Shown: in pieces, positions 1 through 8,652 of the stretch
How the letters are laid out: every line of letters begins with the position of its first letter
Numbering within the stretch: position 1 is the stretch's first letter
IMG/VR virus record: IMGVR_UViG_3300032242_001694
Source: a virus
Length of the DNA stretch: 64,000 bases
Reading direction: 5' to 3' (one strand)
Notes under the pieces: generated by a model
The model's input: the letters and a program-made list of their open reading frames with translations, nothing else
Database searches by the model: none
What the model was told of the DNA's origin: nothing
Program-made: the position numbers and the translations under genes

Positions 1-774
1 GCCACTTCCACCAGCACCAGCTCCACCAAGAAAAAAACGTAATCTAGGAAGTAAAGATATTCCATTAGATCCATTATCAGAAGGACCGCTAACAGTGCCA
101 GCACTTCCAGAAATTGCAGGAAAAAATGGAGCAGATGCAGTTCGGCTAGACCCAGAGCCCCCGCCACTTGGCCCTGTTCCACCACCGCCAGCTCCGCCAC
201 TCATGCCACCTGTCACTACTAGCCCTGTCGTTGGTAGTAAATTCACTTGACCGGCTTGTCCTGTTAGAGATATATTACCAGCAGCTGCAGTGCACAAACT
301 TATACCTAAAGAAGCTAATGGAGCTGCTGCTATAAGATCTGCAGCAGCAACAGTACCAGCAGTTCCTACAGTTTGAGAAGAAGAACCACCACCTCCTGCG
401 TTGCCACCAGAAGCAATACCAAGAAGATAATTTGCAGTAGTGGCTGGATAAATTGAAGCATATGTTGCTATGCCAGCTAAAACAGTCCTTCCTACACCAA
501 CAGAAAAATAGAGAACATCTGGCAATAGAGCTGCTGGAAATAGAAAGTTATACTGGTTGCCAGAAGCGCCACCACCGCCGCCACCACCGCCGCCAGAAAT
601 TGCTAGACCATTACCGCCACCGCCACCGCCACCAAGCATGAATATGTTGATCATGTTTATACCGCGTGGCTTTATCCACTCGTACCAGCTGCTTCCAGCA
701 CTAGTAGAGTTACCAACAAATATCTGCTGATCGAAACCTTTTCGGTTAGTTGGCAGATTAAAGAAGTCAAGCAT
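1..774 (-). CDS. Glycine-rich virion/fibre-associated protein (partial, runs off window start)
   Basis: ATG at 774-772 overlaps the TAA of the upstream gene (TAATG). Hand translation MLDFFNLPTNRKGFDQQIF...WIKPRGINMINIFMLGGGGGGG stays open to position 1. Not in the ORF track because it has no stop in the window. Confidence 0.75.
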   Translation of the reverse strand, partial: MLDFFNLPTNRKGFDQQIFVGNSTSAGSSWYEWIKPRGINMINIFMLGGGGGGGNGLAISGGGGGGGGGASGNQYNFLFPAALLPDVLYFSVGVGRTVLAGIATYASIYPATTANYLLGIASGGNAGGGGSSSQTVGTAGTVAAADLIAAAPLASLGISLCTAAAGNISLTGQAGQVNLLPTTGLVVTGGMSGGAGGGGTGPSGGGSGSSRTASAPFFPAISGSAGTVSGPSDNGSNGISLLPRLRFFLGGAGAGGSG

Positions 775-1604
775 TAGTATTTACCAGCTACAGCCGTCAC
801 TATGTATCCGTTGGCAGTCGTAGTGCCGATACCGGCAACCAGTTTAGCTCCAGGAGGAAATGCAATATTAAGAGGATAATCAATATCTACGACTGCAGCT
901 GTAGCGATACCACTTACCGCAGGCAGTGAGATTTCTCCGATAAGCGTAGTATTCAATGTTAGTGAAGTATTCGCGATAGTCGCGCCACTAGAGTACGGGC
1001 CAAGAAAACCACCGATAATACTAGCGTTTGCAGAACTTGGTCCATTGAAGTATGAGTTGGTCTGAGTGTATGAAGTACCAGAAACGTTGGCGATATAGAA
1101 TTGTTGAGAGTTAGTAGAGCCAACCCCAATAATCAATCGATATGAAGATATGCCAGAAGTTGTTGTAGCTGGAGCAGACCAACCCCAAGTTATGTTATTT
1201 CCAGTTGCAGGAACTGTATTTGAGATTTCTGTTGAGAATGCTCCAGGCTGACCAAAAGCATCAATCGCTTGAACTTTGGCATAATATACCCCAGGAAACA
1301 TCGTTCCTGCAGTAGCAGAAACCACTCCGGTTAGAGTTTGTGGAGCCGTGGTATTAGCAGTCAAATGACCCACGCCACCCTGCGTCATCCAGAGTCTTAA
1401 TACGTTTGCTGGATTAGTGCTGTTAAATTTTACACGCACGCGCTGGACAAACCCGCCGTTTGTTGCGTCTGCCTGATAGATGGTGTATGTATTTGCGTCT
1501 GCTCCCGTGTAACCTGTAGTTGTAGTGGCTACTGGGCTAATCATTAACACAGAACCCTGTACATCACCTACACGTGAAAAGATTGGCGATTGATTACCTG
1601 CCAT
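774..1604 (-). CDS. Virion structural protein, Thr/Ser/Asn-rich beta-sandwich (FN3-like segment)
   Basis: YYAKVQAIDAFG...STEIS and W-S-A-P...SYRL resemble fibronectin-III strands; RBS AGGAG; co-transcribed with the fibre gene. Confidence 0.6.
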   Translation of the reverse strand: MAGNQSPIFSRVGDVQGSVLMISPVATTTTGYTGADANTYTIYQADATNGGFVQRVRVKFNSTNPANVLRLWMTQGGVGHLTANTTAPQTLTGVVSATAGTMFPGVYYAKVQAIDAFGQPGAFSTEISNTVPATGNNITWGWSAPATTTSGISSYRLIIGVGSTNSQQFYIANVSGTSYTQTNSYFNGPSSANASIIGGFLGPYSSGATIANTSLTLNTTLIGEISLPAVSGIATAAVVDIDYPLNIAFPPGAKLVAGIGTTTANGYIVTAVAGKY

Positions 1605-1614
1605 TATTAAACTC

Positions 1615-4600
1615 CTATATTAAATTGAATCCTGCTGCTGTAGCATAAACTTGTCCTGCTGTTATAGTAGTTCCCCAGTAAGTATTGGCAGCGGTACCCG
1701 ATGTGAATAATATCTGACCAGCTGAACCTGCGCTTCCATTTGCGATGATAACTCCATTAACTGCAAGATTCGCGGTAACTGTCAACTGCGAAGAATTAGC
1801 AATGATGTTAGTTCCAACGTTTGCCGACGTAGTAACGTATAATGTAGCAGTATTAGTTTGATTAACGATATTTATAGCAATCGCATTAACTAAACTAGAA
1901 TTTGCAGTAAAAGCAGTCCCAACGTTTGCCGACGTAGTAACGTATAGAGTTGTTGTATTAGTCTGACCTGTTATATTTATGGCCGCAGTATTAACTAGCG
2001 TTGCGTTAGCCGTAAACGTAGTGCCGACTGTGTGAGATGCTGCGTTGACTATACCTGTGTAAACTCCAGTTGTATTTGCAATCGTAACAGCATTAACATT
2101 TAGACCAATAGTATTTAAGTACGCATTAACTGTGTTGTTACCAACAAACAGAGTGGTAACGTTTGCGATAAGTCCTCCGGTTCCAGTACCTGTAGTTCCA
2201 GTGGTGTAAGAAACTGCATTTATCGAACCGCTGAATAGAGCGCCAGTAAGTAGTGCATAGTTGGCAAGATTTGTTGAGAGCTGGTTAGTGTTTACATATG
2301 ACTTACCATCAACATACGACGTAGCATTGCTGTAAGCGGTGGCTGCATTACTCGTTATCGCAGTGTTGACTGTACCAATTCTAGTGTCGGTGTATGTTGT
2401 AGCATTACTGTAAGCAGTAGCAGCATTGCTGGTTATTGCCGTGTTGACTGTACCAATTCTGGTGTCTGTATAAGTTGTAGCATTGCTATAAGCTGTTGCA
2501 GCATTACTCGTTATCGCAGTGTTGACTGTACCAATTCTAGTGTCGGTGTATGTTGTAGCATTACTGTAAGCAGTTGCAGCATTGCTCGTGATAGCAGTAT
2601 TAACGGTGATGATTCTAGTGTCAACGTATGTCGTGGCATTACTGTAAGCTGTAGCAGCGTTACTCGTGATAGCGCTGTTAACTGTAGCAATTCTGGTATC
2701 AACATAGGTAACAGCATTAGAATAAGCTGTCGCTGCATTGCTCGTGATAGCAGTATTAACTGTAGCGATCTTTGTATCAACGTATGAAGTAGCGTTACTG
2801 TACGCAGTAGCCACATTTGCAGTCATTAGAGCAGTGTTGCTGTATAGAGAGAGGTTGCTTGATAGCTGGGCGTTTGAGACAACGTTTGCAGCTGAGACGC
2901 TTCCAACAAAGCTTGTATTGTTAGACGTTGCGTTGAAAAACGTAGAGTTTATAGTTGAGTATACAGTAGTGTTGCCAACATAGATTGTGTTTGCTTGGAA
3001 ATTAGCAATATGAAATGTTGTGTTTGTCTTGTCAATGTAAGGAGATGCATCCGGCTCTGGAAGATAGTTGTCAAAGACTTTAAAAGTACCATCGCTTGCA
3101 TCTCTAAAGAAACCGGCGTGGTGGTAAGTACCGTCGTTATAGTTACCTGCAAAACCAAGATCTGGATTTGCCACGTCACTGTTGCTGTTAAGATAGATCA
3201 TGTTATCTTTAACAGACAAGCTTTGAACGTTAAGAGTAACAAGGTTACCGCTAACTGTTAAGTTTCCTTGAATCGTTACATTACCGCTTACTGTTAAGTT
3301 ACGGCCGACTAACAAATCATTTATAGTATTTGCATTATTTGCTGAAACATTGCCGGTGAAAGAATTAATTCCGTTTGAAAGCAAAGCATAATTGGCAAGA
3401 TTAGACGATAGCTGACTCGTATTAACAAATGATCTGCCATCAACGTATGAAGTTGCGTTAGAATAAGCAGTTGCTGCATTTCCCGTGATAGCCGTATTTA
3501 CAGTGCTAATGCGCGTGTCGGTGTAACTAGCAGCGTTAGAATAAGCAGTTGCGGCGTTGCTCGTGATAGCGCTGTTAGCTGTAGCAATTCTAGTATCTGT
3601 GTATGAAGTGGCATTGCTATAAGCAGTGGCTGCATTACTTGTTATAGCCGTGTTAACGGTGATGATTCTAGTATCAACGTATGTTGTAGCATTGCTATAA
3701 GCAGTAGCAGCATTAGAAGTTATAGCTGTATTAACAGTACCAATCTTTGTATCAGTGTAAGTTACAGAGTTACTGTATGCGGTAGCTGCATTAGAAGTTA
3801 TAGCGGTATTAACGGTAATAATTCTAGTATCAACGTATGTTGTGGCATTACTGTATGCGGTAGCAGCGTTAGAAGTTATAGCCGTGTTAACAGTACCAAT
3901 TCTAGTGTCAGTATATGTTGTAGCATTACTGTATGAAGTTGCAGCTTTGGTATCTGCGTATGAAGTAGCGTTGGAATAAGCAGTCGCCGCATTACTTGTT
4001 ATTGCGGTGTTAACTGTACCAATTTTTGTATCAACGTATGAAGTTGCATTACTATATGCCGTAGCAGCGTTGCTTGTTATAGCTGTATTGACCGTACCAA
4101 TCTTAGTGTCTGTGTAAGAAGTAGCGTTGCTGTAAGCAGTAGCTGCAGCAGTATTTGCAAATAATGTAGCATTAGAATATGCATTGGCTGCTTTTATATC
4201 AGCGTAAGAAGTAGCGTTACTATATGCCGTAGCAGCATTACTTGTTATAGCAGTGTTAACAGTTCCGATCTTTGTGTCAACATATGAAACTGCGTTGCTG
4301 TAAGCAGTCGCTGCATTAGATGTTATAGCAGTGTTGACTGTACCAATCTTGGTATCAACATATGAAACTGCGTTGCTGTAAGCAGTCGCTGCATTAGATG
4401 TTATAGCAGTGTTAACAGTTCCGATCTTTGTATCAGTGTAAGAAGTAGCATTTGAATATGCGGTAGCGGCATTAGATGTTATAGCAGTGTTGACTGTACC
4501 AATCTTGGTATCAACATAAGAAGTAGCATTTGAGTAAGCATTAGAAGCTTTATCGTCAGCATATGTTTTTAAAGCATAGCTAGAAGCAGCAGTTCCTCCT

Positions 4601-6630
4601 AGATTTGTAGAATCATTAGCAGTGAGCGTTGCAACATTAGATGACAAGCCAGCTGTAGTCTGGTAATTAGACAAGTTACCAGACAACTGGGCATTAGAGA
4701 CTACATTAGCAGCGGAAACACTTCCAACGAAAGAAGTGTTATTAGCAGTCAGTGTAGCTACATTGCTAGACAGTCCGGCTGTAGTTTGGTAGCTTGACAA
4801 GTTACCTGTTAGCTGAGCATTAGAAACAACATTAGTAGCTGAAACACTTCCAACAAAAGAAGTGTTGTTAGCAGTGAGCGTTGCAACATTGCTTGATAGT
4901 CCAGCCGTGGTTTGGTAGTTACTAAGGTTACCAGATAACTGGGCATTAGATACTACATTAGCAGCGGACACCGATCCAACAAAGCTTGTATTATTGGAAG
5001 TTAAAGTAGCTACATTAGAAGATAATCCAGCAGTAGTCTGGTAGTTACTAAGGTTGCTAGACAGCTGAGCATTTGACACAACATTAGCTGCAGAAACTGA
5101 ACCAACAAAAGAAGTGTTGTTAGCAGTGAGCGTTGCAACATTAGATAACAAGCCAGCTGTAGTCTGGTAATTAGACAAGTTACCAGACAGCTGTGCATTA
5201 GACACAACGTTAGACGCATCAATCGATCCAACAAATGAAGTATTGTTGGATGTTGCATTGAAAAAAGTGGTGTTTATAGTCGAGTAAACTGTAGTATTGC
5301 CAATATAGATCGTGTTGGCTTGGAAATTAGCGATATGGAATGTAGTGTTTGTCTGATCAATATACTGAGACGCATCAGGCTCTGGCAGATAGTTGTCGAA
5401 AACTTTCCAAGTTCCAGAAGCGTGATCTCTAAAGAACCCAGCATGGTGGTAAGTGCCATCATTATAGTTAGCTGCAAAACCAAGATCGGGATTTGAAAAT
5501 GTAGAATTAGAATTCAGATAAATCATGTTATCTGAGATTGATAGATTATTTGCCCCAATAACTTCTACGTTGCCGGTGATAATAAGGCTCTTCACTGAAA
5601 CGTTGCCGGTGAACGTGGCAGTTGTTGCTGTTACAGACGTTGCATTTACTGTTCCGCTGTAGTTTGGAAGATAAGATGCGATGTTTGCATTTAATCCAGC
5701 AGTAGTCTGGTAATTAGATAAGTTAGAAGAAAGCTGACTTGTGTTTACGTATGACTTGCCATCGACGTATGAAGTTGCATTGCTGTAGGCCGTGGCGGCA
5801 TTTGAAGTTATAGCGGTGTTAACGGTAACTATTCTACCGTCGGTGTAGGCAGCTGCATTGCTATAAGCGGTAGCAGCGTTAGAAGTTATAGCCGTGTTGA
5901 CTGTACCAATTCTAGTATCGGTGTATGCAGTAGCGTTGCTGTAAGCAGTAGCTGCATTAGATGTTATAGCGCCATTGACTGTGCTGATCTTAATATCAAC
6001 GTATGAAGTTGCATTGCTATACGCGGTTGCAGCATTACTGGTTATAGCAGTGTTGACTGTACCAATTCTAGTATCTGTATAAGCAGTAGCGTTGGAATAT
6101 GCCGTAGCAACATTTCCAGTCATCAATGTCGTATTGCTGTACAGAGAAAGATTACTAGAGAGCTGAGCATTAGAAACGACATTAGCAGCCGAAACGCTCC
6201 CGACAAACAGGGCGTTATTGGCTCTTCCGGTGTATGCCGTTGAGTTGATTGTAGCGTTGACGGTGCTATTGCCGTATGTTACCGTGTTGGTAAACGTATG
6301 GGTATTTGTCCAAGTGTATCTCGCAGCCGAGTTAACGCTGCCGCCACCGCCGCCACTTACCGCAAGCCAAGAACCATTTGCGTTTAAGAAATAACTGTCA
6401 GCTGCCTGTTGGTCTGCGGTTGGAGCTGCAAATGAATATGTTACCGTAGAATTTGCAAGAGACAGTGAAGTTGAATTAATCGTCGCATTGACGGTTGAGT
6501 TGCCAGTAAATATCGTATTGCTTAAGCCAATCGTAGGAGTATTAGATGTGGTTACAGTTTCTCCGGCATCAGTGTTTCCACTTGCCTGCAAAACCATATT
6601 ATTGTCGTCTAAGAAAAGAATACCCTGCAT
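1615..6630 (-). CDS. Long repetitive fibre/adhesin-like virion protein (1671 aa)
   Basis: 22 tandem 26-aa repeats in three blocks, five 42-aa repeats, a duplicated ~100-aa domain and a beta-rich C-terminus. Confidence 0.8.
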   Translation of the reverse strand: MQGILFLDDNNMVLQASGNTDAGETVTTSNTPTIGLSNTIFTGNSTVNATINSTSLSLANSTVTYSFAAPTADQQAADSYFLNANGSWLAVSGGGGGSVNSAARYTWTNTHTFTNTVTYGNSTVNATINSTAYTGRANNALFVGSVSAANVVSNAQLSSNLSLYSNTTLMTGNVATAYSNATAYTDTRIGTVNTAITSNAATAYSNATSYVDIKISTVNGAITSNAATAYSNATAYTDTRIGTVNTAITSNAATAYSNAAAYTDGRIVTVNTAITSNAATAYSNATSYVDGKSYVNTSQLSSNLSNYQTTAGLNANIASYLPNYSGTVNATSVTATTATFTGNVSVKSLIITGNVEVIGANNLSISDNMIYLNSNSTFSNPDLGFAANYNDGTYHHAGFFRDHASGTWKVFDNYLPEPDASQYIDQTNTTFHIANFQANTIYIGNTTVYSTINTTFFNATSNNTSFVGSIDASNVVSNAQLSGNLSNYQTTAGLLSNVATLTANNTSFVGSVSAANVVSNAQLSSNLSNYQTTAGLSSNVATLTSNNTSFVGSVSAANVVSNAQLSGNLSNYQTTAGLSSNVATLTANNTSFVGSVSATNVVSNAQLTGNLSSYQTTAGLSSNVATLTANNTSFVGSVSAANVVSNAQLSGNLSNYQTTAGLSSNVATLTANDSTNLGGTAASSYALKTYADDKASNAYSNATSYVDTKIGTVNTAITSNAATAYSNATSYTDTKIGTVNTAITSNAATAYSNAVSYVDTKIGTVNTAITSNAATAYSNAVSYVDTKIGTVNTAITSNAATAYSNATSYADIKAANAYSNATLFANTAAATAYSNATSYTDTKIGTVNTAITSNAATAYSNATSYVDTKIGTVNTAITSNAATAYSNATSYADTKAATSYSNATTYTDTRIGTVNTAITSNAATAYSNATTYVDTRIITVNTAITSNAATAYSNSVTYTDTKIGTVNTAITSNAATAYSNATTYVDTRIITVNTAITSNAATAYSNATSYTDTRIATANSAITSNAATAYSNAASYTDTRISTVNTAITGNAATAYSNATSYVDGRSFVNTSQLSSNLANYALLSNGINSFTGNVSANNANTINDLLVGRNLTVSGNVTIQGNLTVSGNLVTLNVQSLSVKDNMIYLNSNSDVANPDLGFAGNYNDGTYHHAGFFRDASDGTFKVFDNYLPEPDASPYIDKTNTTFHIANFQANTIYVGNTTVYSTINSTFFNATSNNTSFVGSVSAANVVSNAQLSSNLSLYSNTALMTANVATAYSNATSYVDTKIATVNTAITSNAATAYSNAVTYVDTRIATVNSAITSNAATAYSNATTYVDTRIITVNTAITSNAATAYSNATTYTDTRIGTVNTAITSNAATAYSNATTYTDTRIGTVNTAITSNAATAYSNATTYTDTRIGTVNTAITSNAATAYSNATSYVDGKSYVNTNQLSTNLANYALLTGALFSGSINAVSYTTGTTGTGTGGLIANVTTLFVGNNTVNAYLNTIGLNVNAVTIANTTGVYTGIVNAASHTVGTTFTANATLVNTAAINITGQTNTTTLYVTTSANVGTAFTANSSLVNAIAINIVNQTNTATLYVTTSANVGTNIIANSSQLTVTANLAVNGVIIANGSAGSAGQILFTSGTAANTYWGTTITAGQVYATAAGFNLI
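2310..6105 (-). repeat. Intragenic 78-bp (26-aa) tandem repeats in three blocks (~2310-2810, ~3440-4545, ~5765-6105)
   Basis: Consensus TAYSNATSY(T/V)DT(K/R)IGTVNTAITSNAA; 6, 12 and 4 full copies; synonymous positions differ between copies. Confidence 0.9.
4619..5248 (-). repeat. Intragenic 126-bp (42-aa) tandem repeat, 5 copies
   Basis: NNTSFVGSVSAANVVSNAQLSGNLSNYQTTAGLSSNVATLTA x5. Confidence 0.9.
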
Positions 6631-6648
6631 CTAAAATCCTAAAAAAAT

Positions 6649-6725
6649 TGGCGACCCCTGCACGACTCGAACGTGCGGCCTACAGATTAGAAGTCTGTTG
6701 CTCTATCCAGCTGAGCTAAGGGGCC
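6649..6725 (-). tRNA. tRNA-Arg(UCU)
   Basis: GGCCCCTTAGCTCAGCTGGATAGAGCAACAGACTTCTAATCTGTAGGCCGCACGTTCGAGTCGTGCAGGGGTCGCCA; anticodon stem ACAGA/TCTGT with loop CT-TCT-AA; encoded CCA. Confidence 0.97.
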
Positions 6726-6785
6726 TATTCTTTGGATCAATCCGTAATATATATCAGCTTCAAAATGTCATATTAAAAAGAACTT

Positions 6786-7101
6786 GTGGGGAGATTCTGT
6801 TTCTAAGCTCTCCCCGAGCTCATATTACTTATTTCTTTTCGGCAAATGCCTTGATGGCTTCAGCCAAAGCAAAGATCTCTTCTTCATCTGGATATGCGGG
6901 ATACACTCCAGCGAACCCATCTTCTTTTCTAATTACTGCTTCATTGAATTTAGCGTGGTAGCCATTCTGCAGTTGCTCGCGCGCAGCCATGTAATATTGA
7001 AAGCGCATTTCGTAAGGTGTAGCTGTCATAGTTAGTTCCTTTCTGTGTGTGTTGTGTGTAGTAGTGGGGAGATTCTGTTTCCAAGCTCTCCCCGAGCTCA
7101 T
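6786..7101. repeat. 38-bp direct repeat (6786-6823 and 7064-7101) flanking a small gene
   Basis: GTGGGGAGATTCTGTTTC(T/C)AAGCTCTCCCCGAGCTCAT, one mismatch; forms a GGGGAGA/TCTCCCC hairpin; second copy is the 3' end of the tmRNA gene. Confidence 0.92.
6829..7029 (-). CDS. Small conserved T4-like phage protein (PYE.R...YP..EEI..A family)
   Basis: Likely start MTATPYEMR at 7029, with RBS AAGGA after a CA-rich leader. Confidence 0.7.
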   Translation of the reverse strand: MTATPYEMRFQYYMAAREQLQNGYHAKFNEAVIRKEDGFAGVYPAYPDEEEIFALAEAIKAFAEKK

Positions 7102-7359
7102 TCTTAGGCAGCTAGTGCATAAGAGATAGGTGCATTATCGTTTGCATCTGTAACGTTTGCCATGATCTCAGTAGTACCTTTATCACACCTGTCGATCCTA
7201 TTTCGCCCCCATCAAAGATACACGCGTTTGGATTCGAACCATGTTCTAGTCTTCTCGATCTGCGCTTCCCACAGTGCTGACCCGTGTATCCGTGGTGGAG
7301 GCGGCGGGTACTGCCCCCGCGTCCAGTGTGCCTATGCCGTATACGTCAACGACCATTGC
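7064..7359 (-). ncRNA. ssrA: Circularly permuted (two-piece) tmRNA, alphaproteobacterial type; tag (A)NDNAPISYALAA at 7145-7104
   Basis: Acceptor segment ...GACGCGGGGGCAGTACCCGCCGCCTCCACCA ends at 7293 and precedes the canonical 5' end GGGGGCGAAATAGGATCGAC (starts 7210). Resume codon GCA AAC GAT AAT ... GCT GCC TAA. Confidence 0.93.
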
Positions 7360-7364
7360 AATTC

Positions 7365-7395
7365 TATTTATATCATGTCTTAAGCATTTTGTCAA
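7365..7395 (-). promoter_or_regulatory. Composite sigma70-type/T4-late promoter for tmRNA
   Basis: TTGACA-17 nt-TATAAATA; the -10 box is the T4 gp55 late consensus. Confidence 0.8.
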
Positions 7396-8505
7396 CTATA
7401 AAACTCGCAGCAGGATAGTGTTCTCGTTGAGTCGAGCCGTAAAGCCATTCTCTTTTAAAGTAGCAATCACCTTCTTTAGGTTCATCTTGCCCGCTTTTGC
7501 CACTTCGTCAACAATTTTTGCAGTCTGTCGCCCTGTTTTATAGGATTTTGACTGATTTTCATCAAATTTGTCGATAGAAGTGCCCTTAACTGACAATCCG
7601 CCGCGGTCTAGGGCCACAAAGTGTGTCAAAAACCCATATTTTGTGTTAAAAGTCCACAATTCTTGGGCTCCGATGACTTTTGAAGGCGGAATTGAGGCCA
7701 ACTTGTAGTCTTTAGCCTCTTTTTGGAACTTGAAGCCCTTGAGAAGCTTGTCAACCGACACGGTCTTGGGCTTACGGACTGCCCGAGTCTTCTTGGCTAC
7801 CCCTGCGTAGCGCTCACAGTCGTCGATAAGTCGGGCAATATACTCCATCCGAGCCTTGAGCTGACGAGCCGTGTAGTTCTTATAGCCCTCGAGCACGGCT
7901 TTGTCGCCATAGACACCCAGGGCTAGCTCTTCGAGGTATGGCTTGTAGTACGCAGCGACTTTTAACGCATGGGCCGGAGGCATCTCGATCTTTTGGAGGT
8001 AGGAGTACATGTTGACCTCCTCTTCTCCATCGATCATGGCCTCAACGTCGCCGATGATGTCGCTGACTTTGTCCTTGACGCGGTCTTGAATAGAAGGTTT
8101 CTCAGCCTTCTTGAGCTCTTCCTTGATCGGAGTGATGTGGACCAAGGCGTTGGTCAAGGCCCGCTCGACGTGGTCTTTCCAGACAGGGGCAGATGGGTGC
8201 TCGGGATCAAGCATCGACAGTCGCGCTGCCCAGCCGGCGTACATAGGCCACCACACGTCGGGAATGCGGTTGAGCTTCTTAGCCACTTCTTTGCGGCCGG
8301 TAGCCTCGAGATACGCCTTGACATAGTCCTTGGAGTCGTTGCGATCGCACATGGCGCTGTACCAAGTGAGAGCCTTCATCTCACTGGCGCGAATCTCCTT
8401 CTGCGTCGGCTCATCACCCATGTACTTGTAGTTGATGATGTATGTCTCAGAGCGAGACTTCTGTGCCTTCTTTTTTGTCTTTAATTGTAGGAGACTCTTT
8501 GCCAT
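7396..8505 (-). CDS. Conserved hypothetical T4-like phage protein (basic, 369 aa)
   Basis: Long ORF; C-terminal LWTFNTK...GLSVKGTSI...RLNENTILL is typical of a T4-like conserved family. Confidence 0.7.
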   Translation of the reverse strand: MAKSLLQLKTKKKAQKSRSETYIINYKYMGDEPTQKEIRASEMKALTWYSAMCDRNDSKDYVKAYLEATGRKEVAKKLNRIPDVWWPMYAGWAARLSMLDPEHPSAPVWKDHVERALTNALVHITPIKEELKKAEKPSIQDRVKDKVSDIIGDVEAMIDGEEEVNMYSYLQKIEMPPAHALKVAAYYKPYLEELALGVYGDKAVLEGYKNYTARQLKARMEYIARLIDDCERYAGVAKKTRAVRKPKTVSVDKLLKGFKFQKEAKDYKLASIPPSKVIGAQELWTFNTKYGFLTHFVALDRGGLSVKGTSIDKFDENQSKSYKTGRQTAKIVDEVAKAGKMNLKKVIATLKENGFTARLNENTILLRVL

Positions 8506-8652
8506 TATACGTATCCTTGATAAATGGATTCTTAAACTTCTCTGTGCCGATAAGCAGGATCATGCATACCGGCCAGAGGGTCATCATTGCCGCAAATACA
8601 CCGGTCCAGAAGATACTATCCGCTGCACCGGTGCATGCCTGTCCTAGAGGGC

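Noticed and set aside
2310-6105. Regularly spaced repeats as a CRISPR array or DGR
   Set aside because: In-frame coding repeats with synonymous variation; no unique spacers and no reverse transcriptase in the window.
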